From positions 1 through 58,279 of IMG/VR virus record IMGVR_UViG_3300025889_000139: DNA of 58,279 nt. One strand, written 5' to 3'. The stretch comes from a virus (lineage: Duplodnaviria; Caudoviricetes). Of the stretch, positions 45,152 to 58,163 are shown piece after piece; position 1 is the stretch's first letter; each line of letters opens with the position of its first letter. Position numbers and translations under genes: made by a program. Under the pieces are notes generated by a model that was not told the DNA's origin, ran no database searches, and saw only the letters and a list, made by a program, of their open reading frames with translations.

Positions 45152-46944
45152 AATATCTCCACATCTGTCGCGTAACTAGTATAACCGTTTTCTTTCGTTA
45201 CGGTTAGAACGTTATTTACACGTGATGCGAGGTCATCTTTATGACTAACAAGCCACACTGATTTCTTACGATCACGAGAAATCTTCTTCAAGATACCGAT
45301 ACTGCTATCAACACCACTGGTATCCATACCACTATCAATCAACTCGTCAATAAACAATAGATTAACTGGGTGATATAGATTTTCCCATACATCACGAAAT
45401 GCCCAAGATAGACTTAGGATTAGACGGTTCCGTTCTCCACGGGATAGGTTATCAAAGTCAAGATCACGACCATATTCTGTAATCTCAACACTTAAATCGT
45501 TCTGGAACTCCACAGTATGTGGTAATCCAATCTTGTCTAGATAATACCCAAGACGATTATTTAAGAACGATAGGTTCTGGTCAATAATTTTCTTACGGAT
45601 ATAGCTATCCTTGTTAGTCAATAGCTTCAATAAGAATTCTTGGTGGTCTTTTAGTTTTGATAAATCATTTAGCGTATCATAGCTAATATCAGTCAAAGCT
45701 TCATTTTTCAACTGATTAATCTGTTCGCTATACGGGTCAGTTTCTTTCTGTGTTTCTTCAATCTGGGTAGTAAGATAGTTTAATGTAGAACTATGATTAT
45801 GTGCCTCGTGTAGTTCTTCATAGAATGTTTCTGGTTTAGGTCCAATATGTTGGTCGGTAGCCAGTTGTGAAGAGATATCATCAACTAACTCCTTCGCTTC
45901 ACGATATTCTTCTTCCGCACTATCCCATTCACGCCTTGCCTCGTCAATAAGATGTTCGTGTTTATCGTCGTGTAGTTCCTGTTCACAGGTAGGACATTTC
46001 ATATCCTTGGCTGTGTCGTAGTTATTCTTAGCTTTATCCAGATGTTTATCTGCCCGTTTCAAGGTTGTCTCTGCTGATGACAGTTCTTTCGCCAAAGCAT
46101 CCGCTAAAGCTTTCCGTTCTGTCCACTCCTTTAGTTCGGCATGAGCATCTAGTTCTGCTTGGATATCCAGATGGCTAAGTTCTTCCAACTGTTCCGCAAG
46201 TTTATCCAACTTTTCCTTATGAGATTTTTTCCAAGCTTTTTGTCGTAGTTCAAGATTCTTGATGGTATCGCCAATCTTTTCATTGGACTGTTTGATAGTA
46301 GCAATACGAACTTCCTCATCACGAATAAGGTCTTTTGTACCTGGAATGTCGTTTGGTTTGTCACCATTCAACACTTTCTTTAGGTTATCTGCCTTCTCAC
46401 TGAGTAAGGTGATACCAAGTAACTGTTCAATGACATTCCGTTGCGGTGCCGCTGGCATACTGAGAAAAGGTTGAGTATAAGTGTTCAGCGCAAGAATGTG
46501 TTTGAACATATCGTGCGTCATTGCTAATAGGCGTTCAATCTCTTCCTGTGTTTTGCGACTATCACCTTGCGCTTCGTCATCCATCATCTGCTCTTGGTCT
46601 TCGATAAAGAAACGAAGGAAGTTTGGTTTACGACCACGTTCAATACGATATGTAAGTCCGTCCTTCTCAAACTCAACGGTACATACCATATTCTTACCAT
46701 TGGTTTTATTGATGAGGTTATTGACTTTGATTTTAGTCAATGCGTTCCCATACAACACATATGACAATGCGTTGATGATTGTTGTCTTACCAGTTCCGTT
46801 ACGTGCGCCAGCATCATCACCGCCTTGATCTAAGTTTTTACCAAGTACGAGTGTGAGATCATCGCGGTTGAAATCTACAGCTTGGGTTTGGTTACCCACG
46901 CTCATAAAGTTTTTAACTGTCAATGCGCGTATACTGAAAGTCAT
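45148..46944 (-). CDS. gp46: Recombination endonuclease subunit (SbcC/Rad50-like)
   Basis: KNFMSVGN, GARNGTGKT, CPTC zinc hook, LSRGE signature, LLFIDE, VSH. Confidence 0.95.
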   Translation of the reverse strand: MTFSIRALTVKNFMSVGNQTQAVDFNRDDLTLVLGKNLDQGGDDAGARNGTGKTTIINALSYVLYGNALTKIKVNNLINKTNGKNMVCTVEFEKDGLTYRIERGRKPNFLRFFIEDQEQMMDDEAQGDSRKTQEEIERLLAMTHDMFKHILALNTYTQPFLSMPAAPQRNVIEQLLGITLLSEKADNLKKVLNGDKPNDIPGTKDLIRDEEVRIATIKQSNEKIGDTIKNLELRQKAWKKSHKEKLDKLAEQLEELSHLDIQAELDAHAELKEWTERKALADALAKELSSAETTLKRADKHLDKAKNNYDTAKDMKCPTCEQELHDDKHEHLIDEARREWDSAEEEYREAKELVDDISSQLATDQHIGPKPETFYEELHEAHNHSSTLNYLTTQIEETQKETDPYSEQINQLKNEALTDISYDTLNDLSKLKDHQEFLLKLLTNKDSYIRKKIIDQNLSFLNNRLGYYLDKIGLPHTVEFQNDLSVEITEYGRDLDFDNLSRGERNRLILSLSWAFRDVWENLYHPVNLLFIDELIDSGMDTSGVDSSIGILKKISRDRKKSVWLVSHKDDLASRVNNVLTVTKENGYTSYATDVEIL

Positions 46945-46990
46945 TATTTTCTATTCCTTTTTAGATTTTGTTTCACATTGGGTAGTGTTT

Positions 46991-48157
46991 TTAGTATCTT
47001 TCAATATCAAGCGTGATGCAATGCAATCCGCCATCAACAAAGAATCTATGTCTCCACGGTACATGAATAGGTTCCACCCCTACGGATTTAATCATATTAT
47101 GGAAGTCTTTGTTGTTGCTGTTAACAAAAACATGCTTGTGGTCAAGACAGAGAAGGTTAACATCAAAGACTGTTTCTTCTGCATAACCTGTCCAGCTTGA
47201 TAGATAATTGTTTACAAAGTTGATGAAGCGATTGTTACTTTCTTCACCTTTAACCCACCATTTACCGTCATTTTTCTGTTTTATTTTTTTAAAATCTTCC
47301 AATTGAGATTGATAGTTCTTCCACGGAACGCCGACTACATTATCAACACCGAATATTCCTTTGTAGTCAATAAGGTTTGGGATACCTACTATGGTTGACG
47401 GATTCAAAAATACAAAGCAACCATCTGTGTGACCAGCCTTTGTATTAATATGTATCCATTCCTTCCCATCCATATGAATTTTGTTTTGTAGAAGTGTTGT
47501 GAAGTCTGTATATTCATTGTGATCGACGATGACAGATGTATTAGTGATAATAATGTTTGGTCCTTCAACAGAGTTACAGCCATCACGATATCTCAATGTA
47601 TAATAAAAACTGTCTATTTCTTCTTGGATGTCATTCGGGACTGTATATGTACCGCGAATGTAGTCTTGAAAATCAGGCCAATCTGTACCTTTTAATACAT
47701 CGTATTTCTCTTTACTGAACCATATATTCTCATGAAAATTATGTTTATTCTCTTTCATAGATATACGATGGTGGTTTTCGATTATTTTATAAATGTCTTT
47801 GTAGTTGTTATCGTACTCAAGTAATACATCAGTTACATCCTTTTCATACTTTCTATAACCAACGTTGTAGCAAGTATTACCAAAAACGTGATGCGTATCT
47901 CTTGGGCAAATCGGTGGACTTATCATATTATCTAAATCAAAAACTCCTTGCGGTTGGTTCGGACGCATGACCTTGATACTGTGTTCTTTAAGAATATCGA
48001 CAAAATTTTCTAAATCTTCTTGTATTTCGTGACTTATCCGTTTCAGAGGTTCACGTATAGCATCTTCTTTAATACTATCAAAAAAATCAGGGGTAAACCA
48101 AGTACCAAGCATGACATGCTTGAGGGTGTCGGTCTGGCTAAAAACGTTATATGTCAT
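46991..48157 (-). CDS. Amidinotransferase (glycine/inosamine amidinotransferase-like)
   Basis: LKHVMLG, CPRD, GHTDG, FDVN, GGLHCITLD catalytic Cys. Confidence 0.85.
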   Translation of the reverse strand: MTYNVFSQTDTLKHVMLGTWFTPDFFDSIKEDAIREPLKRISHEIQEDLENFVDILKEHSIKVMRPNQPQGVFDLDNMISPPICPRDTHHVFGNTCYNVGYRKYEKDVTDVLLEYDNNYKDIYKIIENHHRISMKENKHNFHENIWFSKEKYDVLKGTDWPDFQDYIRGTYTVPNDIQEEIDSFYYTLRYRDGCNSVEGPNIIITNTSVIVDHNEYTDFTTLLQNKIHMDGKEWIHINTKAGHTDGCFVFLNPSTIVGIPNLIDYKGIFGVDNVVGVPWKNYQSQLEDFKKIKQKNDGKWWVKGEESNNRFINFVNNYLSSWTGYAEETVFDVNLLCLDHKHVFVNSNNKDFHNMIKSVGVEPIHVPWRHRFFVDGGLHCITLDIERY

Positions 48158-49170
48158 TAAAGGTTCCTATACAAATCCAATAAAACCTTCGGATCATAAA
48201 ACTCAGACTCAACCTGTTCTAACTGTGAGGTCACAATAGTATCCACGCTTTCGAAGTTTACCTCTCCGTCAAAATCTTCTTTATGTTCTTGGGTGTTGAT
48301 TGGGATCAAGTTTAGTTCACGAAGGTTATACTTGTCCATAAACTCTTCTTTGATGAAGTTAGCCTCTTCATAACTGATTTCGATATCTAATGAAACCCGT
48401 GCGTATGTCTTAGCTAACATATATTTATCTGGGTCTTCAAGTAATGTTGATAGTTTGAGAGTACGATACTTGGGAGCGTCAGGCCAGGCGATATGTTTAG
48501 GTTCACCTCCCCATTCAAGTATGGTTGCGCCTCGCTTGTCGTCCCAAGCATCGCTGTAGTTGTGTGGGAATGCGTTGCCAATATACAACACATTACCCTG
48601 TTCTTGCCTGTGATGGAAGTGTCCACTAAAGACCTTTTCTATCCCTTCGAAATCTTGTACTCTGACTTCTCCGTGATCAGGCATTCGCACCATGGCGTTC
48701 ATATAGAAGTGGGGCAACTCAAGATGACCAAGAAGATACTTAGCTTCGATTTTTTTAATCTTCTTGTGATCGTCACCTACAAGCCATGGTGCAATCGCTA
48801 CATCACCTTCGTTAAAGAAATCATTGACGATGGTGATACCCTTGATGTTTCTAGCCCATTCTGCACTTTGCAAATCACGGCGGTCCCGATAATACAAGTC
48901 ATGATTACCGGGAATGAAGAATGTTTGACTAAAAGCATTAGATAGTTTTTCGAGTGACATAAGGCTGGCGTTCATTGTTCGTATGTTAATAGTATGACGA
49001 TAATGATGCCAATCGCCAAGGAAGAAACACGTATCACAATCGTGCTTCTTGCCTTGTTCGATTATCCAATCTATGAATTCAACACAGTCTTGGTTATGTA
49101 CTTCACTGTTACTCTTGTTACCGAAATGGATATCGGTAAACATAATAGCTTTCTTGAATAAGTTGCCCAT
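48157..49170 (-). CDS. gp47: Recombination endonuclease subunit (SbcD/Mre11-like)
   Basis: TDIHFG, LGDW, GNHD, GHLE, SGHFH. Confidence 0.95.
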   Translation of the reverse strand: MGNLFKKAIMFTDIHFGNKSNSEVHNQDCVEFIDWIIEQGKKHDCDTCFFLGDWHHYRHTINIRTMNASLMSLEKLSNAFSQTFFIPGNHDLYYRDRRDLQSAEWARNIKGITIVNDFFNEGDVAIAPWLVGDDHKKIKKIEAKYLLGHLELPHFYMNAMVRMPDHGEVRVQDFEGIEKVFSGHFHHRQEQGNVLYIGNAFPHNYSDAWDDKRGATILEWGGEPKHIAWPDAPKYRTLKLSTLLEDPDKYMLAKTYARVSLDIEISYEEANFIKEEFMDKYNLRELNLIPINTQEHKEDFDGEVNFESVDTIVTSQLEQVESEFYDPKVLLDLYRNL

Positions 49171-49221
49171 ATTATTCCTCTTTACTTGAGAACTATTATA
49201 CTACAAATGAAAAGAGAAAGT

Positions 49222-50031
49222 CTATTTCTTTTTTGCGTCAATGTCTGCTTGTGTTTGTGATTGACGGGTATAACTTGGCGTCAAACCATTCATTTCCAAA
49301 ATATCATCGCGAATATTCTGTCCACGTTTCTCAATATTCAATACTCTTGTGAATGATGCATTGATAATCGCAGTATAATAAGCAAATGGGTTTTGCGATT
49401 TGCTTTCATCAAACTGAAGACCAACTTGGCTCAACTGAAGCAATGCTTGTTGTTGCATTTCATCATTGTAGGTATAACCGCGCCAGTTATACCTACCACC
49501 GTATCTCTCACATAACTTCATAAACATCTTTCCAAGTTCATTAGTCATTCTTCCGTGATTAGCGCTAAAGTAACCGTTTTCCATGCCGCCTTCCCAATGT
49601 GATTTACCGACCAGAATTAGTTCGTCCTCTTCGGTAAAAGCATAATGGTGAAATGGCGGGAAGTAAAGCCTAACATGATGGTCGGCTTCTGACTTTGGAT
49701 TCTTTTTCCTACCTGGTTCTTCAGGGATATGTTCGAAAGTGTGGATACGAAATACTAAATCCGTCTTTGGAATAGTTTTCCAGTTGATTGCAAACTCTGC
49801 TAGTTTTACCTTTTCCCCGCGCTTTTGTGCTTCGTAGAATGCGTTTTTTTGTAACCTGTCTGCCCTGTTTCTTTTTGCTTTTGCGACTGACCTGATATTA
49901 ATTTTATCAACTGATGGTAAAATAATATCGTAGTCTGCGTATTTTTCGTCAATATATGAACTGAATGTATTTTTACTCTTGTGTATTTGCTTCAATAAAT
50001 CTCTATTATTGAGGTATTTTTGGCGAGCCAT
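49222..50031 (-). CDS. gp55: Late-transcription sigma factor
   Basis: Start MARQKYLNNRDLL (AAGGAG RBS); NWRGYTYNDEM, FDESKSQNPFAYYT..F.R..EK. Confidence 0.9.
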   Translation of the reverse strand: MARQKYLNNRDLLKQIHKSKNTFSSYIDEKYADYDIILPSVDKINIRSVAKAKRNRADRLQKNAFYEAQKRGEKVKLAEFAINWKTIPKTDLVFRIHTFEHIPEEPGRKKNPKSEADHHVRLYFPPFHHYAFTEEDELILVGKSHWEGGMENGYFSANHGRMTNELGKMFMKLCERYGGRYNWRGYTYNDEMQQQALLQLSQVGLQFDESKSQNPFAYYTAIINASFTRVLNIEKRGQNIRDDILEMNGLTPSYTRQSQTQADIDAKKK

Positions 50032-50132
50032 CCTTTCTCCTTGGGGTTGAAAATGCATATTATTTATGTATCTATAATATACATACATTATTATACAGAT
50101 AAATACAGTATAAAGTCAAGAGGTTTTTTAAT

Positions 50133-51044
50133 ATGGCAACAGGAAGGTTATCCCCTAGAGTTAGAAGTTCTAATGAGACAACGTTGTTTGGCGTGGACCT
50201 TAGTAGGGGTATCTTCTCTGCGGTTGGTCAAGCTAAAGATTATGTCGGTGGTATATTGGACCCTTCTAAGAAAAGAATGGCAAATGCCGGTCTTAGTAAG
50301 GGTGCTGAACAACAAGAAAAACAATCAACGACTGCTCGTTTCGCGGATAGCGATTGGAGAGTTCGTTTAAGTTTGCCTGATAACGGGTTATTATACCATG
50401 ATGAGACAAACACTGTTCTTCACCCATTGGTTGGTACTAATGGGTTGATCTTCCCATATACGCCACAAATTCTACTACAGCATACCTCAAATTATACTGG
50501 CGTTAATCCTACACATTCTAACTATACCCAGCACTTCTATAGCAACTCAAGTATCGACGCTATTAGTATTCAGTGTGATTTCACTGCACAAAACCAACGA
50601 GAAGCCACTTATGTATTGGCTGCAATTACCTTCTTGAGAAGTGTAACTAAGATGTTCTGGGGAAAAGACGATATTGCTGGCACACCGCCGCCTGTCCTTC
50701 GTTTGAATGGTTATGGCGATTATATATTCAATAATATACCTGTGGTTGTATCAAACTTCACGGTTGATCTTAATGGTCAAGTTGATTATATGAATACAAA
50801 TGTTACAACCAAAGGTGCCGGAGGAACCAGACAAGTCGAAAAATTTGATGAGGACGGCGCTTCTTGGTTTGAGGAAGAGAATATACCCGCTACATTAACA
50901 TCCACACGTGTGCCGACCAAAACATCTATAAACGTGACATTGTACCCACTGTACAGCAGACAACGAATGGCTGAGTTTGGTCTAAAAGATTTTTCCGCTG
51001 GTAGACTTATTGAGAGTGGTAAGAAGACAGGAGGGTTTATCTAA
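50133..51044 (+). CDS. Baseplate / tail tube initiator-like protein
   Basis: LIFPYTPQI, GTPPPVLRLNGYG..FNNIPVVVSNF; first gene of the baseplate operon. Confidence 0.65.
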   Translation: MATGRLSPRVRSSNETTLFGVDLSRGIFSAVGQAKDYVGGILDPSKKRMANAGLSKGAEQQEKQSTTARFADSDWRVRLSLPDNGLLYHDETNTVLHPLVGTNGLIFPYTPQILLQHTSNYTGVNPTHSNYTQHFYSNSSIDAISIQCDFTAQNQREATYVLAAITFLRSVTKMFWGKDDIAGTPPPVLRLNGYGDYIFNNIPVVVSNFTVDLNGQVDYMNTNVTTKGAGGTRQVEKFDEDGASWFEEENIPATLTSTRVPTKTSINVTLYPLYSRQRMAEFGLKDFSAGRLIESGKKTGGFI

Positions 51045-51343
51045 TGGCTGAATATAGTTCTACATCCCCATACTTCAAGACAGAAAAATTTGGTCAATAC
51101 TTGGATGTAATGACACCACGCAGAATCCCACGAAACCGCGATGATAAGATATATGAAATCCAGCAAGTATATAACAATCGTCCAGATTTACTCGCATATG
51201 ACCTTTATGGTGATGCTAGTTTATGGTGGGTATTTGCTGCCAGAAATCCAAATACTATTACAGACCCTGTGTGGGATTTTATCACTGGTGTAAAAATATT
51301 CTTACCGAAACAATCGGCTATCACAGAGTCATTAGGATTGTAA
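51044..51343 (+). CDS. Baseplate wedge protein (gp53/LysM-like)
   Basis: RPDLLAYDLYGDASLWWVFAARN. Confidence 0.8.
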   Translation: MAEYSSTSPYFKTEKFGQYLDVMTPRRIPRNRDDKIYEIQQVYNNRPDLLAYDLYGDASLWWVFAARNPNTITDPVWDFITGVKIFLPKQSAITESLGL

Positions 51344-51344
51344 T

Positions 51345-54155
<2,811 letters not shown>

Positions 54156-54156
54156 T

Positions 54157-56355
54157 ATGGCAGAAAGAATACCAGGTAGTCCACATGATAGAGTGTATTC
54201 CCGCAAAGGCGGGAGTGAATATGTCGATCAAAGTCAAACACGTGGTAGAAATAAGGCTATTACTGTTGGTCCGCATATTGCAATCGTAAAAAATAATATT
54301 GATGATATGAGAAGAGGATCATTAAGTGTCTATGTTCCTGAATTCGGCGGCGACCCAGAATGGACCGATAATTGGATTTCTGTGAGATACGCAAGCCCAT
54401 TTATATCACACACTGTTTATAAGACAGCAAAAAATAATGAATACGATGAAATAAGACATACATCTGGTATATGGGTTCAAACGCCCGATTTAGACTCAAA
54501 GGTAATTGTTAGTTTTCTTTCAGGTGATAAAAATCAGGGTGTATGGTTTGCATGTGTCCCTGAAAGATTCAATACAAGAATGGTGCCAGGACTAGCGAGT
54601 GCAGATACAAACTGGGATGCAAAATCTGATAATAAAGGTCCAAACGGTACACCAGAATTTAAACAAGCTGACGGTACTTACGATCAGTATCAGCCGGTTG
54701 GTGAATTTCACGATCCGAAAAGACCCAAAACGAATGAGTATTATGATACACCAGTGGATATTGAAGGTCAAGAAAAACCGATTAACTATCATTTGGCTAG
54801 AATATTCAAAGAACAGGGGCTGAACGTTGATTTAATTAGAGGTCATACAAGTAGTTCGGCACAAAGAGAAACTCCAAGTGATGTATTTGGTATCAGTACT
54901 AAAGGAAGACCCGTACCCGATCCAAAAGATGATGTTTCATTATTGAATAAACTAAGTGCTAATTCCGCCGAAGACCTCACTAAAGAAGAACTAGAAAAAC
55001 TAAATGTAAAGAAAAGAAAACACGGACATTCGTTTGTTATGGATGATGGCGACATTGAAGGCGAAAATAACCTTATCCGTCTTCGTTCAGCAAGCGGTCA
55101 TCAAGTATTACTGCACGATACAAAAGGCGTTGTATATGTTGGTAATGCTAAAGGAACCGTGTGGATGGAGTTTTCCAATGATGGTAAGCTTGATGTGTAT
55201 GCACAGGATAGTATCAACTATAGGGCAAAAAACTTCAACTTCCACGCAGACCAGAATATGAACTTCAACGCTGGAGAAAATATTAATATCCTCTCTGGTG
55301 GAAAGTTCCAAGTAGATGGGGCATCTATTAATCTAAAATCAACTGGTGGTAGCATTGGGTTAGATTCCAATAGAGCATTTGATATCAAGAGTTCTGGTAT
55401 TATCAACTTAGACGCTGGTGGTCAAATCAATATCAAAGGTGGCTCTGATGTAAAGATTGATGGTCGTTGTGTAGCTCTTGGTAATGGTGCTGGTTCAGCT
55501 TCGTCTGTTTCCGCTTTAGTAAAACTTGATAAAGCCGACACAACAAAAGATACTGCTGGATTCTGGAAATCCAACGATAAGAAGATAAAAACTATTTCCA
55601 CTCGTGTTCCTACGCATGAACCATTCGCAAGCAGAGATATTAAAGATGATACAAAAACCATCATTAAACAAGAAACAAATACAAAACAACCGCTTATCAT
55701 AGATGATATTCCACCAGAACAAAGTACGGTTCTTGGGTTGGGACCGCAGCAAGCGTCATCTAAACCTATTGCCCGTAATGAAAGATTATCAAGGGCATCG
55801 CTGAAACTACAACCAACACCAAACGGTGAGGTCGGTAATCTATCACAGGATGAAACAAAGAAACTACTTGCTATTATTGGTCAGCGAGAAAGTTCTGGTA
55901 ACTATCAAGCAGTAAATCAATATGGATATCTTGGAAAATACCAGATGGGTCTTGCCGCTTTGGAAGACGCTGGTTATGTAAAACCTGGAACTTACCAACA
56001 GGCTCTTGATGCCGGTTATGGTTCTTCTAACATAAACAACGTTCTACAAAATCCAAACGTTTGGACAGGAAAGAATGGTGCTACTGGTAAAGAAGCATTC
56101 CTTAACAATACAGCAGCACAAGAGGCAGCAATGGAAACTTACACAGATAGAAACTATGCTACACTAAAACGCATTGGTGTGGTAAATGATAACACACCAA
56201 GTGATGAAGTTGCTGGATATATAATGGGCGCACATCTGAAGGGTCCAGGTTCTGTGAAAAAATGGGCCATAGAAGGCGGAACATATGCTGATGCTAATGG
56301 AACAACTATTGATAGTTATTATAACCTTGGTCGTTCTGCTGTTCTAACAGCCTAA
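54157..56355 (+). CDS. gp5: Baseplate central spike (gp5/VgrG-like) with C-terminal lysozyme-like domain
   Basis: OB-fold (DDMRRGSLSVYVPE..PDLDSKVIV.F), GHSFVMDD, SGHQ, beta-helix repeats, RESSGNY.AVN.YGYLGKYQMG. Confidence 0.85.
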   Translation: MAERIPGSPHDRVYSRKGGSEYVDQSQTRGRNKAITVGPHIAIVKNNIDDMRRGSLSVYVPEFGGDPEWTDNWISVRYASPFISHTVYKTAKNNEYDEIRHTSGIWVQTPDLDSKVIVSFLSGDKNQGVWFACVPERFNTRMVPGLASADTNWDAKSDNKGPNGTPEFKQADGTYDQYQPVGEFHDPKRPKTNEYYDTPVDIEGQEKPINYHLARIFKEQGLNVDLIRGHTSSSAQRETPSDVFGISTKGRPVPDPKDDVSLLNKLSANSAEDLTKEELEKLNVKKRKHGHSFVMDDGDIEGENNLIRLRSASGHQVLLHDTKGVVYVGNAKGTVWMEFSNDGKLDVYAQDSINYRAKNFNFHADQNMNFNAGENINILSGGKFQVDGASINLKSTGGSIGLDSNRAFDIKSSGIINLDAGGQINIKGGSDVKIDGRCVALGNGAGSASSVSALVKLDKADTTKDTAGFWKSNDKKIKTISTRVPTHEPFASRDIKDDTKTIIKQETNTKQPLIIDDIPPEQSTVLGLGPQQASSKPIARNERLSRASLKLQPTPNGEVGNLSQDETKKLLAIIGQRESSGNYQAVNQYGYLGKYQMGLAALEDAGYVKPGTYQQALDAGYGSSNINNVLQNPNVWTGKNGATGKEAFLNNTAAQEAAMETYTDRNYATLKRIGVVNDNTPSDEVAGYIMGAHLKGPGSVKKWAIEGGTYADANGTTIDSYYNLGRSAVLTA

Positions 56356-57545
56356 TCTAATAATCCAAGAATCTCTAGTTCTTCTTCTTCGCGGGATAGT
56401 CTTTGTTGGTCAGATTCACCAAGAACTAAAGCCTCGTCTTCTCTTCTAATCTGGTCTGCTTTGCGGTCAAAGTGATCTACCTTTGCCCCTGCTGGCTGGA
56501 ATGATACGCCAGCTTCCCCGCCAGCACCTTTATCTTTTCCACGATAACGATAGCGTGAGTTTTCACCAGTTTTGATTTCGTAATCACCACGGTTTAGAAG
56601 ATCGTTTAGTACGAACTCATCATCTAGCGCAATAATCTCATCAGCAGTCACATCATTGTTGAATAGACGAGAGATTTCTAGTTTGATCTTATCGTTTATT
56701 TCATGGTTGGTATGAACGATAACTTCTGAATCTGGTAGATCATGATGGACGATTACGAGTTTTGCTCTGCCGTCTAGGTTGGTTAGTAGTTTCCCATCGC
56801 CAGTATATTTGAACAGTTTTGCTTCACGTTGTTTGGCTTTCTCAATGGCATCTTCGATCTTCTTCCAATAGTCCATTGGAGTCTGTTCTTTTTGGTATTC
56901 AGCATACTCAAACTTGATACCGACACGACCTCTATGGAATACACCGCCACGGGAGATTGTAATACCGAGGACGAACACAACGTCTGCTTCACCGCCAATA
57001 GTAACACCGCCGGAACCTGTGTACTCAAGATCAACGCCAGTAACAATACCAGCCTCACCGCCAGTGTTCATGCCACCATCAACAGTTGGGCACCAAGCAA
57101 GATTGATATTACCTGTTCCGCCAGATGTTAGGCCACCAGACACTGTTGGGCACCATGTTAGGTTGATATTACCAGCACCACCAGATACAATATCACCGCC
57201 GACACTTGGGGTTACGGATGTAGAAATGCCCGCAGCACCACCTAGAGTTAGCCCGCCCGAAGTTGTCCAACACCATGTCTGGCTTATGCCTGTTCCGGCA
57301 CCACCAGTAGTCAAGCCACCATCTGGGGAATAACACCATACGAGATTGACGTTTCCTGTGCCACCAGTTACCACACCACCATCAGTAACGATATAACCAA
57401 TAACATAGATAACACCAGCCTCGCCACCAGTGATTATATCACCAAGGATTGGTTCTATGAAACCTTGTGTGGTAATACCAAGGGCTTCTGGACTACTAAA
57501 CCCCTGGGTTGCTATTTCTAATGGAGTACCCTTTTTAGAGGCCAT
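56352..57545 (-). CDS. Gly-rich repeat protein, probably virion-associated
   Basis: Repeated GGxxTGGxG motifs with WC; acidic C-terminus. Confidence 0.65.
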   Translation of the reverse strand: MASKKGTPLEIATQGFSSPEALGITTQGFIEPILGDIITGGEAGVIYVIGYIVTDGGVVTGGTGNVNLVWCYSPDGGLTTGGAGTGISQTWCWTTSGGLTLGGAAGISTSVTPSVGGDIVSGGAGNINLTWCPTVSGGLTSGGTGNINLAWCPTVDGGMNTGGEAGIVTGVDLEYTGSGGVTIGGEADVVFVLGITISRGGVFHRGRVGIKFEYAEYQKEQTPMDYWKKIEDAIEKAKQREAKLFKYTGDGKLLTNLDGRAKLVIVHHDLPDSEVIVHTNHEINDKIKLEISRLFNNDVTADEIIALDDEFVLNDLLNRGDYEIKTGENSRYRYRGKDKGAGGEAGVSFQPAGAKVDHFDRKADQIRREDEALVLGESDQQRLSREEEELEILGLLD

Positions 57546-57548
57546 AGG

Positions 57549-58163
57549 TTACTCCCTTGTTACTGTAACGTTGCCACCGCCATCGTCGTTGATATCTTGT
57601 GTAATAGTACCAGCGGTACGAGAAGTTTCTGTAACAGTCATTGGGTTATCACTATCAAGACCGTGGATTTTCCATACTTCGTCCATTTGTGTCTGAGTAT
57701 CAAGACCAAGTAGTGTACCAGTTTCAATAGTCTCGACTAGTGTTGATGTATTCAAGTTAATAGTAATAGTCCAACTTTCTAACGTTGGAACGAATGCCGA
57801 AACACCAGTTCTTGTAAACACGTTTCCTGTAACTGTTAACTCATGATCACCTTCCCATGTTCTCATTCTCCATCCATTTTCTAAGAAGAAAGTAGTACCA
57901 AGAACACGATCTCCGGGAAGTGGGTCACCACCAATAACAGATAATGCTTCTAAATATCTTGAGTTTGTTTGATTTGGATCAGTTACCCATTCTTTCCACC
58001 CGGAATAAACATCGACACGAAAGTCCAATTCTGTTATACCTTCATTTACTAAGATAATCTTGTTAATCCCATCAAATGTTACCTTTTGATTGCCTAGTTG
58101 AAGCGGTGGATTATAAACGCTCCAAAATTGCCAGTTACCATAGTTAAAATGGACTGAAGGCAT
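57549..58163 (-). CDS. Hypothetical (probably structural) protein
   Basis: VTFDG.NKII..DVYSGWKEW..GGDP..FFLENGWR. Confidence 0.7.
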   Translation of the reverse strand: MPSVHFNYGNWQFWSVYNPPLQLGNQKVTFDGINKIILVNEGITELDFRVDVYSGWKEWVTDPNQTNSRYLEALSVIGGDPLPGDRVLGTTFFLENGWRMRTWEGDHELTVTGNVFTRTGVSAFVPTLESWTITINLNTSTLVETIETGTLLGLDTQTQMDEVWKIHGLDSDNPMTVTETSRTAGTITQDINDDGGGNVTVTRE

